Source: Oligoflexales bacterium
GTDB lineage: Bacteria; Bdellovibrionota_B; Oligoflexia; Oligoflexales; CAIYRB01
NCBI GenBank assembly: GCA_041736175.1
Contig: JBGSUI010000215.1
Location: forward strand, 1-52,791
DNA: 52,791 nt
Direction: 5' to 3'
The notes under the pieces are model-generated. The model was not told where the DNA came from. It did no database searches and saw nothing but the letters and a program-made list of their open reading frames with translations. A program made the translations under genes and the position numbers. Positions 9,549 through 21,289 of this stretch are shown here, piece by piece. Positions within the stretch are counted from its first letter, which is position 1. Every line of letters starts with the position of its first letter.

Positions 9549-11615
9549 ATGGGTCATATCGGATTATCTCTTTCAGTCAAAATTGGACTCATTGGCGTCT
9601 TTTACCTAATGCCAATCATCTCCTTTTACTATTCATTTACAATTTTTTCAGGGAGAAATCTCAGTTTCTTAGAGACCGAGCATTTAGGAAGCAAGATCCT
9701 TGAAGTCACTTCAAAGCTCAAAGCCTACGCTTTCCATCTAGAGTTCTCAGGTGAGTTTGACGCCTCCACACTTGAATTCCAAACTTTGATGCCAAAGGAG
9801 CAATTTTCAGAAGACAATAGTGATGCTACTTTTAAAGACCTTGCTGAAGCCTCAAAAAATTGGACGACCAAAATCCTACCAGCCCAGATCAAAAACCCCC
9901 TTGGTGCTTCTCCGCTCCCTAATACATCCGTCGCCTGGGATCAATACAAAAAGTCAGGAAAGACCAGTGAAGATAAAAAAAATCTGCTCCTAACCTTAAA
10001 AAAAGACATAGACGAGGCTTTTCAAAGCATCCCTGAGTCTTCAAACCTTATTTTGGATTTCGATCTTGCCACTTACACGTTGATTGACCTTGCTCTCTTC
10101 ACTCTTCCTAAAATATCAAATCAAATTCAATTTTCAGCCACAATTAAGGACTCCCAACTTTCCAAAGATCAAGGGCTTCTGATAAATTCAACTTTAAATG
10201 AAATCAAGGGAAAGATCAAAAAATACCAGTCCTTTGAATCAGCGTTTGACAGTGATCCAAACAAAAAGGTTCGAGATCATCTGATATCTAAGACTAGCAA
10301 CTTCGTTAATGATTTAGAACGACTGATTGAACCTGTCCTCTCTTCAAGCTCGAGCATCCCCCTCAAAAGCCAGTCTCTCGCTGCGATATACCTAGCCTCC
10401 GTTAATCTCGGAGGTGAGCTGCAAACGTTGATTCAAATGCATCTACATTCACGGATCTCGAAAATCTGGAGTGAGCGCATTCAGACACTCACTCTCTCAT
10501 CACTTCTGTGGGCCTTAGCACTCTTTCTCAGCTTTAAAGTGCAGAGATCGATTGTGCATTCCGTTCAGCTGATCCTGCGGAGACTCTCTTTAGTCCTCCA
10601 AGATTCCCATCAAACCAGTGACCAGCTCAGCGAGTCCGCTCGTTCTGCCTCAGAATCTGCAGCCACAGAAGCTGCAGCCGTCCAGCAGTCTGTAGCGTCC
10701 TTATCAGAAATGAGTTCGATGCTTTCACAGACTGCCAAAGACGCTGAAATAACACAAAAGACAGTAGAAGAAAGCTTCGTGACATCTCAAAAAGGAATCA
10801 GTTTGATCAGGGACTTGGGTAAGACCATGGACAAAATGGCTGCATCCTCGGATCAACTTATGGAGATTAACAAAATCATCGAAGAAATTGATAAAAAAAC
10901 CAGGGTCATCAACGACATCGTCTTCAAGTCGCAGCTTTTGGCCGTTAATGCTGCCATTGAGGCTGCAAGGGCAGGACACCAGGGAAAAGGATTCGGGGTC
11001 GTCGCCAACGAAGTTTCAAATTTGGCTTCCATAAGCGGCAAAGCCGCAACAGAAATTACGAGCCTCATTCAGAACTCCTTGCAAAAAGTAAATACCATTG
11101 TTCTACAATCATCTGATTATATTAAAAGCGGTCAACAACAGACCATACAGTCGATTGAACTGTTTGAGCTCATCGCAAATTCCATTGTAAACGTGAAAGA
11201 AAATGCCAATCAAATATTGAACGCTACTCGCGAGCAAAACACTGCGATTGAACAAACATCCATCGCTATGAGTACCCTTAACAAAAGCGTCCAAACCAAT
11301 CAACATCTCTCCCAACAATGTCTGGCGCAAAGTAAAAGTATCAAAGAAAGTACAAAAAGCTTGAGCTATATAGAAAAAGCTCTCATCTTCTCTGTATTTG
11401 GTACATTAAACAAATCGGTCGATAGCACTGTTTCTATGACTAACGACCTTTCTGAGCGCCCCCCCAGTCCCTTGAATCACAATGGTGAAGTAGCCTCACC
11501 TACCATAGCCAGCTTAGAGGAACTGTCAAACAACATTGTCAGCAAAGCTAGCAAACTCAATCAAAAAGAAACTAATTTAAACCAAAATGACGCAAATCAC
11601 CGAGATGCGGCGTAA
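9549..11615 (+). CDS. Methyl-accepting chemotaxis protein
   Basis: Two TMs; [16 protein letters not shown] periplasmic motif; [30 protein letters not shown]. Confidence 0.92.
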   Translation: MGHIGLSLSVKIGLIGVFYLMPIISFYYSFTIFSGRNLSFLETEHLGSKILEVTSKLKAYAFHLEFSGEFDASTLEFQTLMPKEQFSEDNSDATFKDLAEASKNWTTKILPAQIKNPLGASPLPNTSVAWDQYKKSGKTSEDKKNLLLTLKKDIDEAFQSIPESSNLILDFDLATYTLIDLALFTLPKISNQIQFSATIKDSQLSKDQGLLINSTLNEIKGKIKKYQSFESAFDSDPNKKVRDHLISKTSNFVNDLERLIEPVLSSSSSIPLKSQSLAAIYLASVNLGGELQTLIQMHLHSRISKIWSERIQTLTLSSLLWALALFLSFKVQRSIVHSVQLILRRLSLVLQDSHQTSDQLSESARSASESAATEAAAVQQSVASLSEMSSMLSQTAKDAEITQKTVEESFVTSQKGISLIRDLGKTMDKMAASSDQLMEINKIIEEIDKKTRVINDIVFKSQLLAVNAAIEAARAGHQGKGFGVVANEVSNLASISGKAATEITSLIQNSLQKVNTIVLQSSDYIKSGQQQTIQSIELFELIANSIVNVKENANQILNATREQNTAIEQTSIAMSTLNKSVQTNQHLSQQCLAQSKSIKESTKSLSYIEKALIFSVFGTLNKSVDSTVSMTNDLSERPPSPLNHNGEVASPTIASLEELSNNIVSKASKLNQKETNLNQNDANHRDAA

Positions 11616-11632
11616 TCCTATCCAAAGATCCC

Positions 11633-13477
11633 ATGAGAATCCAAACTCAAAATTATTTGAATCTCAATTTAGATGAACAAGAAACAAAAACAATCACTAA
11701 ATTGGCATTTGATATTACGGGAATTCAGATTAACTATCAAAACCATTCCGTGGTCTACCACAATGTTATTCAGCGAATGCTCACGACAGGATGTTCTTCC
11801 CTTGTAGATTATTTGAGCAAAGTCAACCAATCGGAAGAAGAACTTCGGTACCTTATATCGGCCCTTACGATCCATACAACGAGCTGGTTTCGAGAAGCCG
11901 GCAGTTTCGAGTCCCTTTTCGCCTACTTTTCTAAAAATATGGACTCTTCTAAAAAAATTAGGGCACTCAGCATCGGTTGCTCCACTGGAGAAGAAGTCTA
12001 CTCCATGGCCGCTGTCTTAGACCTGCTCATGACAAACAGATCTATCGCTGACTATAGGATTGAAGGGTGGGATATTGACCCAATATCACTTCGGGCTGCA
12101 CGAGAAGGACTTTATCAACGGGACTCTTTTAAAAAAATTCCTGAAAAATATAGTAATGTTATCAATGATAGAAGCATCATCAAAAAATCTTTTTCAATCA
12201 ATACCGACATCAAACTCAGATGTAGTTTTCGGGCCGTCAATATCTTTATTCCACCGTCCCTTGAGACGATTTCATCAGAAGGTTATGACATCATTTTCTG
12301 TAGAAATCTTTTGATCTACTTTTCTGAAGATCAGATCAACAAGGTGCTCGATTTCTGCCTCCACTCGCTCACCTATGGGGGCCTCATGTGCGTGGGCTCC
12401 TCTGAGACCGGCTCCCTCTCACTGCGCCCTTTCCTAAGACTAGATCATGGCCTATTTAAAAGTGATACCACGAAACAAGAAAGACCTTCCCCCCCATTCT
12501 TAAGCACCAAGACCCAGACCCCCGTTCCAAACCCTACAATTCTCATTGTCGAAGATGAAAGAGACATAAGTGAGCTTTTAAAAAGCTATATCTTGTCTTT
12601 TGGATACCAAGCCCAGGAGTGTTCAAGTCCTAACCAAGCTTTAACGATGATCAAGACGAGCAAATTTGATCTGATTATAACGGATTTTAATCTTCGCGCA
12701 TCGATGGATGGCTTAGAATTTCTCGAAGCAGCTCAAAAAGCTGGCTACAAAGGAAAGTCCATTATGGTTAGCGGTATCGCTGACAAAGACCTTGCAAAAA
12801 AATGTTCTGCACTAGGTTGTTATGATGTGATTCTAAAACCGTTCAACCCACAAGAACTTGAAACAATGCTCGCTTCGTTTTTTCCGAAAAAAGCTAAGAT
12901 CGTAAAGGATTCACAAAAAGTAGATCTCGTTCTTTTAGGAGCGAGTACCGGTGGCCCAGAAACACTTATTTCTCTCCTTTTCCAGATGCCAAAGAGTTCT
13001 CCTCCAGTGATGGTTGTCCAACATATCGAGCGAGAATTTTCTCTTGATTTTGCAAAACGCTTGGCCCAAAAAAGCGGTCTCAACCTGGCAAAAATGATCG
13101 ATGGAGAAAGAATCATTCCAGGGCACCTTTATATCGCCACAGGAGACTACCATATCGGAGTAAGGCAAATTGACCAAGAAATGTACCTGGTGTTAAACCA
13201 TGGGCCAAAAATTCATAGTTCCAGACCCTCGGTTGATTTTCTCTTTAGAAGCATTAAAAAGATCGAGCAGCAAGTCTTTGCCGCCCTCCTCACCGGCATG
13301 GGCAGGGATGGAGCCGAGGGTTTAGGAGAACTCAGAAAACTCGGTGCTAAAACCTATGCACAGGATGAAGAAAGCTGTGTGGTTTTCGGTATGCCTAAAG
13401 AAGCAATACGGATCGGCGCAGCGGAACATATTCTAAGCATCCAAAAAATCCGCGAAAATTTGATAAAAGTCTGCTGA
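11633..13477 (+). CDS. CheR methyltransferase - receiver - CheB methylesterase fusion
   Basis: CheR: TTSWFRE, SIGCSTGEEVYS, DIIFCRNLLIYF; REC: ILIVEDE, LIITD, ILKPF; CheB: GASTGG, VQHI, RPSVDFLF, LTGMGRDGA, VVFGMP. Confidence 0.9.
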   Translation: MRIQTQNYLNLNLDEQETKTITKLAFDITGIQINYQNHSVVYHNVIQRMLTTGCSSLVDYLSKVNQSEEELRYLISALTIHTTSWFREAGSFESLFAYFSKNMDSSKKIRALSIGCSTGEEVYSMAAVLDLLMTNRSIADYRIEGWDIDPISLRAAREGLYQRDSFKKIPEKYSNVINDRSIIKKSFSINTDIKLRCSFRAVNIFIPPSLETISSEGYDIIFCRNLLIYFSEDQINKVLDFCLHSLTYGGLMCVGSSETGSLSLRPFLRLDHGLFKSDTTKQERPSPPFLSTKTQTPVPNPTILIVEDERDISELLKSYILSFGYQAQECSSPNQALTMIKTSKFDLIITDFNLRASMDGLEFLEAAQKAGYKGKSIMVSGIADKDLAKKCSALGCYDVILKPFNPQELETMLASFFPKKAKIVKDSQKVDLVLLGASTGGPETLISLLFQMPKSSPPVMVVQHIEREFSLDFAKRLAQKSGLNLAKMIDGERIIPGHLYIATGDYHIGVRQIDQEMYLVLNHGPKIHSSRPSVDFLFRSIKKIEQQVFAALLTGMGRDGAEGLGELRKLGAKTYAQDEESCVVFGMPKEAIRIGAAEHILSIQKIRENLIKVC

Positions 13478-13729
13478 TATAAAATCTAGCCACCTAAATG
13501 GTCTGTAGCTGTTTCGCCAGAAAAAAAATATAGAAAATGCTGCATCCTTACAGAGCAATTATTGGTCTGGTTAAGCAGATAGCCAAATATGACTAGTTAT
13601 TCCACGGCGCCGCATTTTGAACGATTTTGGAAATATCCAGGTTAAGGGGTATAATATAGATTACAGCTTAAAGATACCCTCACCGATTTCACCTAAAATA
13701 AATCCTTACAAATTTAGTATCACGAGACA

Positions 13730-15379
13730 ATGCCCATGGCTCATCATGACCCGAGTATGCCCAGGACCGCTGTGATTATTGGCGCAGGTCCAGCGGGTCT
13801 GACGACAGCTTATGAGCTGCAAAAGCGCACCAAGGTTCATCCCATTATCCTGGAGCAAACACATGATATTGGGGGGATTTCCAAAACCGAGTGTTATAAG
13901 GGCAATCGAATCGACATAGGTGGACACCGCTTTTTTAGTAAAGACGACCGCGTGATGCAGTGGTGGCAGGATCAATTCCCGCTCCAAGGCAAACCTGCCC
14001 GCGATGACAAACTCCTCGGTCGCACTCTTTCATGGTCTGCAAAAAAAGACGCTCCCGATCCAGAAGTAGATGATCTAGTGATGTTGATCCGCACCAGAAT
14101 CTCCCGGATTTTCTTTCTGAGGCGATTTTTCGATTACCCGGTGTCCTTAAGCCTCAATACGATCAAAAATCTCGGCGTTATTCGGCTGGTGCGTAGTGGT
14201 TTGAGCTATATTTGGACCCAAGTTTTCCCAAGAAAAGATGAGAAATTTCTCGAGAATTTCTTTATAAATCGGTTTGGTAAGGAACTCTACAAAACATTTT
14301 TTGAAGACTACACCGAAAAAGTCTGGGGAGTCCATCCCTCTAAAATCCGCTCCGATTGGGGCGCCCAAAGAGTCAAGGGACTTTCCATCAGCGCAGTATT
14401 AGTTCACGCCATAAAAGCAGTATTTCTAGGTCATAAATTCGGCGATCTCGCACAAAAAAAGACTGAAACAAGTCTGATAGAACAGTTCTTTTACCCTAAG
14501 CTAGGTCCAGGCCAGATGTGGGAGACCGTGGCCACAAAAATCGAAAAAGCCGGAGGAGAGCTGCGAAAGGGCCAAAAGCTTGTGGGTATCGAAGCCCATA
14601 GGTCGCGGATCACGCGAGTCTATATTTTAGACACCATAGGTAACCAAGAATATGCCATCGATAACCCTGATTTTGTGTTTTCGTCTATGCCAGTTAAAGA
14701 CCTAATCGCCGCCTTTCGGACTCCGGTACCTCAAGTGGTTAAGGAGGTCGCCAGCGGGCTTGTCTACCGCGACTTTCTCACGGTCGGTTTGCTCCTTAAA
14801 AAACTAGCGATTCAAAATGAGACTAAATTTAAAACTATCAATAATTTGATTCCTGACAATTGGATTTACATCCAAGAACGTGATGTCAAAGTAGGACGCC
14901 TCCAAATATTTAATAATTGGAGCCCCTATATGGTCAAGGACCCAAACACGGTATGGGTTGGCATGGAGTATTTCTGCAACGAAGGTGACGACCTTTGGAG
15001 CATGACTGACGATGCTCTAAAGGCTTTTGGGATCGCAGAATTAGCTAAAATAGATATCATTAACAGCCAAGATGTCCTGGATTCCGTCATTGTAAGGATG
15101 CCGAAGGCCTACCCAGCTTATTTTGGGACTTACGACCAGTTTTCCCTCGTCCGAGACTTTGCAGACCTTTTTGAAAACCTTTTTTTGATTGGTCGTAATG
15201 GGCAGCATAGGTACAATAACGCCGACCACTCCATGGCCTGTGCCATGGAGGCCGTCGATAATATAGTTAGCGGCAGACTCGATAAAGAAAATATTTGGTC
15301 CGTGAATACCGAAATCGATTACCATGAGGTCAAAAAGCACGTGGTAGACCCCAAAGATTCTCAACGTAAATCAGCCTAA
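13730..15379 (+). CDS. NAD(P)/FAD-dependent oxidoreductase (protoporphyrinogen oxidase/UDP-galactopyranose mutase-like family)
   Basis: [11 protein letters not shown]ossmann motif; [25 protein letters not shown]. Confidence 0.85.
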   Translation: MPMAHHDPSMPRTAVIIGAGPAGLTTAYELQKRTKVHPIILEQTHDIGGISKTECYKGNRIDIGGHRFFSKDDRVMQWWQDQFPLQGKPARDDKLLGRTLSWSAKKDAPDPEVDDLVMLIRTRISRIFFLRRFFDYPVSLSLNTIKNLGVIRLVRSGLSYIWTQVFPRKDEKFLENFFINRFGKELYKTFFEDYTEKVWGVHPSKIRSDWGAQRVKGLSISAVLVHAIKAVFLGHKFGDLAQKKTETSLIEQFFYPKLGPGQMWETVATKIEKAGGELRKGQKLVGIEAHRSRITRVYILDTIGNQEYAIDNPDFVFSSMPVKDLIAAFRTPVPQVVKEVASGLVYRDFLTVGLLLKKLAIQNETKFKTINNLIPDNWIYIQERDVKVGRLQIFNNWSPYMVKDPNTVWVGMEYFCNEGDDLWSMTDDALKAFGIAELAKIDIINSQDVLDSVIVRMPKAYPAYFGTYDQFSLVRDFADLFENLFLIGRNGQHRYNNADHSMACAMEAVDNIVSGRLDKENIWSVNTEIDYHEVKKHVVDPKDSQRKSA

Positions 15380-15407
15380 CGGGTAACTTTTCGCGGACAA
15401 CTTGTTC

Positions 15408-16640
15408 TTAAGATATCTTATCAGCGGCGCCTTTTTTCCCACCGCCCCCATACACCCAATCCCACTGGGGTTGATAGGTGAGCCGGAAAGGTTGGTCGCT
15501 ACAGAGGAGACTCCTCGTCGCCATCCGGATCTTTAAACCCTCCCAAAAATCTTGGGTGCTACCAACTCTTAACAACGATGGATCCTGAAGCACCTCGGGA
15601 ACACTCGAACGTAGGTAGTTCCACAGCATTTTAAGCCGTCCTAGAAGGACTTTTTCCATCTTGTCCGAAGTAAGAGATGTGAGTTCAGCCGACCAGGATA
15701 CTATCTCATTAAGGCTATGGCTCCACCTATAACCACTGGTCCCCGCAGGACCTAAGGACCAAATCAGCTGGCATAACTCTCTAAACTTAACTCTTTGGAG
15801 CTGGTGTCCAGGCCACGCAGAAAAACCTAAGCCCGCGATTCTCTCAAGCTGCACAAAACATTTAAGGGCAACAATCATGGTCTCAAGGCTGATATCCGGC
15901 GGCGTTCCTTCCAAAAGCTCTCCAAAAATCCATGGATTGCGAAGAGCCCCCCTACCGATCAGCACTCCCTGAACCTGCGGTGCTATCACTTGGAGCTGTA
16001 AAAGGGACGACTCCTCTAAAACATCTCCCGAGGCAAACACCGGAATAGGGGTCTGCCGCGCTGCCCACTGGATCCAGCTCCAATGGGATTTGCCTAGGTA
16101 GCGCTCCTCGCGGGTCCGAGCGTGAATCGTCAGGCGAGCCAGGGGCAGTTGTGCCAAACCTTCGAAAAGCCGAGGAAACTCCATATCAGCATCCCATAAA
16201 CCAAGTCTCATTTTGACAGCTAGGCGATTTGGCCCTAAGTGATCGCAAAGATATTTGATAAATTCATGGTAGCTCTTAGGATCACGAAGCAGTGCGCTGC
16301 CAGCACCGCTGCCGACGCTGGTTGGAGCTGGACAGCCGCAGTTGAGTTCCAGAACCTGTTCCTGGGGGAGGAGACTCGCAGCCCGCATAAAATCTTCGGG
16401 GGCAGCTGCCATGATCTGGGGCATCAGGTCGTAGGGCCTCAGGGGCCGCGGATCATCCAGTTCGGTCACATAATCGGGGGGCAGGCGACCCAGGGGAAAA
16501 GAATAGGTGGCCCTTAAAAAAGGCGTGGTCATAGCGGGTACTCCGCCAACGAGACTCAGCCAAAGGCGGGTTGAGAGTCCCGTGACCCCCTCCATAGGCG
16601 CTAAACCTAAAGTGATGGGAAGGGTGTTAGGCTTTAGCAT
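15408..16640 (-). CDS. tRNA-dihydrouridine synthase family protein
   Basis: LAPMEGVT, ELNCGCP, GSALL, VKMRLG, IHART, IGRGALRNPWIF. Confidence 0.88.
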   Translation of the reverse strand: MLKPNTLPITLGLAPMEGVTGLSTRLWLSLVGGVPAMTTPFLRATYSFPLGRLPPDYVTELDDPRPLRPYDLMPQIMAAAPEDFMRAASLLPQEQVLELNCGCPAPTSVGSGAGSALLRDPKSYHEFIKYLCDHLGPNRLAVKMRLGLWDADMEFPRLFEGLAQLPLARLTIHARTREERYLGKSHWSWIQWAARQTPIPVFASGDVLEESSLLQLQVIAPQVQGVLIGRGALRNPWIFGELLEGTPPDISLETMIVALKCFVQLERIAGLGFSAWPGHQLQRVKFRELCQLIWSLGPAGTSGYRWSHSLNEIVSWSAELTSLTSDKMEKVLLGRLKMLWNYLRSSVPEVLQDPSLLRVGSTQDFWEGLKIRMATRSLLCSDQPFRLTYQPQWDWVYGGGGKKGAADKIS

Positions 16641-17379
16641 GGTAAACCGCTGCTAGAATACCCGTGGCGACCAGGGCCGCCGTCTTTGCCCTAAGGATCC
16701 CAGAGCCAAGACTGACTGGTTTCAAGGGACTTTCGTCCAAGAGAGTCCATTCCCGCTCCGTAAGCCCTTTTTCACTGCCGCAGACCAAAAAAACTTCCCG
16801 AGGCTTGTTTGGGTGATCGCCTAAGGCTGCTTTAAGCAGTGAACTAGACGAGTGCTCAGACAAGACATAGCCAAGGGAATTAATAAATGAATTTTGTTTA
16901 GAGATGAGTAGGTGTTCAAGGGAACGGGAGACGTTTAATCGAGGAAGGTAAGCTCGCTTGCATTGTTTAATCGATTGTCTCAAGATTCTATTCCACCGAA
17001 GGATCGCTTGGTCGTTAAGGGTCCAGGTCGGTGCCCCTTCTTGTAAAAAAACAGTGATCTCATTAAGCCCTAATTCGGTCAAGCCCGGAAGAATCTCATC
17101 CACCGCACCGGGTTTCAACGCACCCAAAAACAGATGGAGCCCCGTATCCGGCAAGCTCTCGCTGTGTGGGTCCCCGACCGGCCCTACGAAAACCCGATGT
17201 TTTTCGATGGACTGTACAATCCCCAGACTCCAGGTGCCGACTCCATCAGCGACTTCGATGGAGGCACCCTCCGTGAGACGCAGCGTCTTCACCAGATGCT
17301 GGGTTTCCTCCTCCTCTAAGGTCCACAGACCACTAGGGCCGGTGGGTGTTCCCAAAAACCGATAGCGATGCACTCCCAT
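16627..17379 (-). CDS. rsmE: 16S rRNA m3U1498 methyltransferase RsmE
   Basis: HLVKTLRL, TELG, KQCKR, GSEKGL, SLGSGILRAKTA SPOUT motifs; follows prmA. Confidence 0.9.
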   Translation of the reverse strand: MGVHRYRFLGTPTGPSGLWTLEEEETQHLVKTLRLTEGASIEVADGVGTWSLGIVQSIEKHRVFVGPVGDPHSESLPDTGLHLFLGALKPGAVDEILPGLTELGLNEITVFLQEGAPTWTLNDQAILRWNRILRQSIKQCKRAYLPRLNVSRSLEHLLISKQNSFINSLGYVLSEHSSSSLLKAALGDHPNKPREVFLVCGSEKGLTEREWTLLDESPLKPVSLGSGILRAKTAALVATGILAAVYHAKA

Positions 17380-17399
17380 AAAAAGTCTCCCAAACGCAA

Positions 17400-18383
17400 C
17401 TAGGATGGCTTCCTGAGCAGCAGAGCGGACCAGCCGTCCATATTAAGGAGCTTTTCTGCGACCATCCCATGACTGATCGCGGAGTCTTGGACTTCATGGG
17501 CTTCGGCCTCTAGGATTCCGGACAGAATCAAAAACCCGCTGCTTTTAACATGGGCCACCAGTTGGGGCATCAGGCGCAAAATAACCACGGCGAGGATATT
17601 GGCAAAGACCCCATCGAATTCTAAACGCTCCCCAACCGGACGGGGAAAGGTCGTGGGATAAAGATCAAGATCTACACCGTTGAGTTTAGCATTTTCCCGT
17701 GCAGCCAGAAGTGCATCTTCTTCGATATCAGTCCCACAAACTGTCGTAAATCCTAACTTTTTGGCGGCAATCGCCAGTATTCCAGTCCCGGTCCCTACAT
17801 CAAGCAGGGTCCTCTGGGGGAGTTGTTTCGACGACTTCGATGGGCCACCCCCCGCTCCCACCACATCTCCCAGGAGCTGCAAACAAAGGCGGGTGGTTGC
17901 ATGCTGGCCGGTTCCAAAGGCCATTCCTGGCTCGATCACGACTTCGATCAGCGGTTTTGTGTTTGGTGGGGTTTCTTCCCTAGGTAGGGGTTTTTCCCAG
18001 GGCGGCCTGACATAAAAAAGGTCCGTGCTAAAAGGCTTAAAGCTATCCTTCCACCCATCCATCCACTCTGTGGTTTCCATGGAGTGCAGGGAAAGGTCGA
18101 TATCCTTACCAAAAGCAGCGTTAAGGCGCCCTTGGAGGTCGTCGAGAGACTCCCTACTGTAGCGATAAACGGCCATAGGCGATGCATCGCCCCCCATTTC
18201 CCCGTAATGATCTCGGGGTGGCTCGTCTTGGTTTTGGTTGATATCGACTTCCAAAAACCCTTCCACAAAGGACTCGACCCCTTGGAACAACAAAAAATCG
18301 ATTAGCTTTTTCTTATAGCGGGGGATCTGGGGAGCCGGGATATTCCAAGCGATTTTGAGTTCGTAGGTTTTTTGTGGATGCAT
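17400..18383 (-). CDS. prmA: Ribosomal protein L11 methyltransferase
   Basis: IEPGMAFGTGQHATT, LDVGTGTGILAI, ANILA, LILSGIL. Confidence 0.95.
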   Translation of the reverse strand: MHPQKTYELKIAWNIPAPQIPRYKKKLIDFLLFQGVESFVEGFLEVDINQNQDEPPRDHYGEMGGDASPMAVYRYSRESLDDLQGRLNAAFGKDIDLSLHSMETTEWMDGWKDSFKPFSTDLFYVRPPWEKPLPREETPPNTKPLIEVVIEPGMAFGTGQHATTRLCLQLLGDVVGAGGGPSKSSKQLPQRTLLDVGTGTGILAIAAKKLGFTTVCGTDIEEDALLAARENAKLNGVDLDLYPTTFPRPVGERLEFDGVFANILAVVILRLMPQLVAHVKSSGFLILSGILEAEAHEVQDSAISHGMVAEKLLNMDGWSALLLRKPS

Positions 18384-18457
18384 GGGTCTTAACTTTTTTT
18401 AGTAAAAGGTTGCTTTACCTGCTCTAGGCAGGATTTGGGGGGAAGAGGGGATGATTT

Positions 18458-18778
18458 TTACAAACCGACTAAGTCCATCCCATCCGCAAGGCAACGCCCA
18501 TAGCTTGTGTCATCATCGAAGAGGTCTCTTAGCTCCGTACATACCCCTTCCACCAGATCAGCGCCAGCGACACCTTCTTCGGTCAATTGTGCTGTTTTCG
18601 AAAGACACACAAAGTAATGATTGCTTCCAGGTTGGTAACTCTCAACCTTACTGCAGAACGCTTTACCAAAGAAACCTTGACCCAGATCTTCGTGTGCGGC
18701 AAAGCTCATCGTTGCGTTCATGCTCAGGCCTATGGCCCCGACTAAAATGAAATAGGCTGACGAAAACAATTTATTCAT
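18458..18778 (-). CDS. Small exported Cys-containing hypothetical protein
   Basis: MNKLFSS...SFA signal peptide; four Cys in the mature part. Confidence 0.55.
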   Translation of the reverse strand: MNKLFSSAYFILVGAIGLSMNATMSFAAHEDLGQGFFGKAFCSKVESYQPGSNHYFVCLSKTAQLTEEGVAGADLVEGVCTELRDLFDDDTSYGRCLADGMDLVGL

Positions 18779-18930
18779 AATAACACCCTTTTTTTGATGC
18801 GGCAAGCAACTGATTTTTATAGTAAAGCCGCTTAATTTTCAGCTTCTATCATAAACAAATCATTAAGTCAAACTACTTATATTTTTCTATTAAAGGCTCA
18901 AGTTTTTTCTAGCTTATTAAAATACGACAC

Positions 18931-21168
18931 CTAATCGATGGGACGCCGCCCCATTGCTAGGGGGCCAAAAGGACTCGCTAATCCTTCAAAACTGCTTGCA
19001 TAGGGTTTCTTCCGCGTCAGCTCTGCCAACTCGTCCTGCTGCTTTTTAAGTTCAACAGTGTCTTTTGTTTGGCTTAGGATGCGAATCAAAAGCAACCGTG
19101 GCAAGATCGCCCGGGGGTCTGCATACAAAAGATCGTTAGCCACTTTTTTCGCATTCAAATATTTTCCTTGCCCGAAATAATACTCTCCCCTCAGCAGATC
19201 GACCCAATATTTTTGGCCTGGGGTGGTCACCATCTGATTTAGGTCCTTGATCACTGCGGCCACCCGGTCTGACTTACCGGTGCGAGCAAGGGCAAACCCA
19301 AGCACTGCCAGGGACTCCCAGCTCCTCTTAAGCCGATAGGCTTTGGAGAGTTCGGCGATCGCGTTCAGCTGCGAGTTGGGGTTTTCGGCCATTAAAAAGA
19401 ACACGACGCCCCGCAGATGGGGTATAAGAGGATCCGAATCTTTTTCGTCCTTAAATTCTCCAAGACCCTTTAATGCTGCAAAATAGTCACCCTTGGCCAT
19501 TGATTTTCGGACCACCCAAAGATTGATCAGGCGGTTTATATCAACCTCCTCCCCCTTGGGCTTTCGGTCGACCATTTTCCGTAAATTCTCTAAAAAAACC
19601 GACCATTCGTCGAGCATTCCCTGCCGTAAGGACTCCACCCCTAACACTTCAAGCAGCTCTGGATCTTTGGAAGCAGCGGTCGATGTTTCTGAGTTTGATA
19701 AATATTCCTTAAGCAGAGTTTTTTTATAGTCCGACGCGGACAAATCTCTTAGGAACCTGAGCTTGACGAGTCCACCATGGTCCGATCCTTTAAGGTCCTG
19801 GAGGGCCTTTGCCGCAAAGGTTTTGAGGGGGAGGTTGGCCCCTCGATGGTAGAGATCAACCGCTCCAAAATCATAAATCTGGCGCTTCAGATGTTGCGAC
19901 CTCAAAGGCACGTTTGCGAGTGCCAACTTAATCCTTTGGTCGACGACTTTAGACCTACCCTCGTTAGCGGCAAGGATAGCTCCTGCTAGCCAGAGCCTTC
20001 CTTGGGACGACCTTCCGATTCCACCCGTAGACTCAAAGACGACGGCAGCCTCGCGGCTTAGGGGAATACGCTGGGCTCCATAAACAAAAAGCTTTGCAAT
20101 ACATGAACTCGAGCTTGCTTGCCACCTCGGGCATCTCCCTCTCAGGACTTCTTGGGCGATCCGCATATTCCCCGAATAGATGCTGGAATCCACCAGAGCA
20201 TAAAGGAGTTCTGACGCTGCTTCGAAATCTTCGATTGTCGTCAATTTAGACTCAGGAATTTGCCGCAGAACAATCTCGTACCCAGACAACGCCTTTAAGG
20301 CCCCTCGGTAGTCCTGCATCAACATATAGCATTCCGCCGTATCGAGAGTCCCTTCTACCGTGATTCGTTGGGTGCCGTTGATGTACTGGTCGACGACCTT
20401 TCGACACTGGGGTGCGACCATCCTTCGCGGGCTCTTTAAGAGTTCGCTGGCACGCTTTTGGATCTCCTCTGGCTTAGGGCTCAAATCACTCTGCAACTCA
20501 ACTCCAACAGGTTTAATTTTCTTTTTAGATCCAAGAACCAGGAGATTTTTGCCGCGTTGGTCCTTTGAATTTTGAGTTTTTTGACGACCGCCCTTGGGTT
20601 GGTCCATAGTGCCTTTAGCAAGATGGAATTGGATGGGATAAAAAACATTCTGTTGGAACCAGTCGGTGGTGCTCGTCCAGGCGAGACCCGAAAGAACGGT
20701 CAGCAGCAAAATAATCTTAACCACCCTGTTGCGGCTACGGGCTCCTGAATCGTACATCGTATAGGTGGCTGGTGGAATCGCATTGAGGTTGGTTTTAAGT
20801 GCCTCAGAAGGTTGCGTGAGGCCTCTGATTCCGCTGATATTGGCAGGCGCCCATTGTGATAGTCTGGCTCCGGTATTGATCTTTACTTCTTTGATACTGG
20901 AGTTATTTGCATCTTTTGGTGGCTCCACAGACGATGCTGCAGGCAAAACTTTTGGGGTCGGCTCGACCTCCTGAATAAGCTTCAAGGGCTCCTGGCCCCG
21001 TGGAGATGATTTACCAGGACTGGCTTTGAGCTCTGACTCCTCGCTTTGTGGTATTTTTCGAGCTAAAGGTGAACGAATCACAAAAGCACCCTTTATATCA
21101 CGATATAAGACCTTGTCGTTTATGGACTGTGGTTCTCTCAATGGATTCCACTGGCCATAGGGATTCAT
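18931..21168 (-). CDS. Membrane-anchored helical-repeat (TPR-like) hypothetical protein
   Basis: 745-aa ORF; single TM (VVKIILLLTVLSGLAW); Ala/Leu-rich helical repeats in the C-terminal half. Confidence 0.65.
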   Translation of the reverse strand: MNPYGQWNPLREPQSINDKVLYRDIKGAFVIRSPLARKIPQSEESELKASPGKSSPRGQEPLKLIQEVEPTPKVLPAASSVEPPKDANNSSIKEVKINTGARLSQWAPANISGIRGLTQPSEALKTNLNAIPPATYTMYDSGARSRNRVVKIILLLTVLSGLAWTSTTDWFQQNVFYPIQFHLAKGTMDQPKGGRQKTQNSKDQRGKNLLVLGSKKKIKPVGVELQSDLSPKPEEIQKRASELLKSPRRMVAPQCRKVVDQYINGTQRITVEGTLDTAECYMLMQDYRGALKALSGYEIVLRQIPESKLTTIEDFEAASELLYALVDSSIYSGNMRIAQEVLRGRCPRWQASSSSCIAKLFVYGAQRIPLSREAAVVFESTGGIGRSSQGRLWLAGAILAANEGRSKVVDQRIKLALANVPLRSQHLKRQIYDFGAVDLYHRGANLPLKTFAAKALQDLKGSDHGGLVKLRFLRDLSASDYKKTLLKEYLSNSETSTAASKDPELLEVLGVESLRQGMLDEWSVFLENLRKMVDRKPKGEEVDINRLINLWVVRKSMAKGDYFAALKGLGEFKDEKDSDPLIPHLRGVVFFLMAENPNSQLNAIAELSKAYRLKRSWESLAVLGFALARTGKSDRVAAVIKDLNQMVTTPGQKYWVDLLRGEYYFGQGKYLNAKKVANDLLYADPRAILPRLLLIRILSQTKDTVELKKQQDELAELTRKKPYASSFEGLASPFGPLAMGRRPID

Positions 21169-21289
21169 CGGTTATTTTGAATGCCGTCTCAAGAAGGAAT
21201 CAAATTATTACTAAAGGTATTATTTAACTCAATTGATTACAGTATGTTATTATGAATTTGTTTGCCTCTTAGACGCCCCTTGAGATCGC

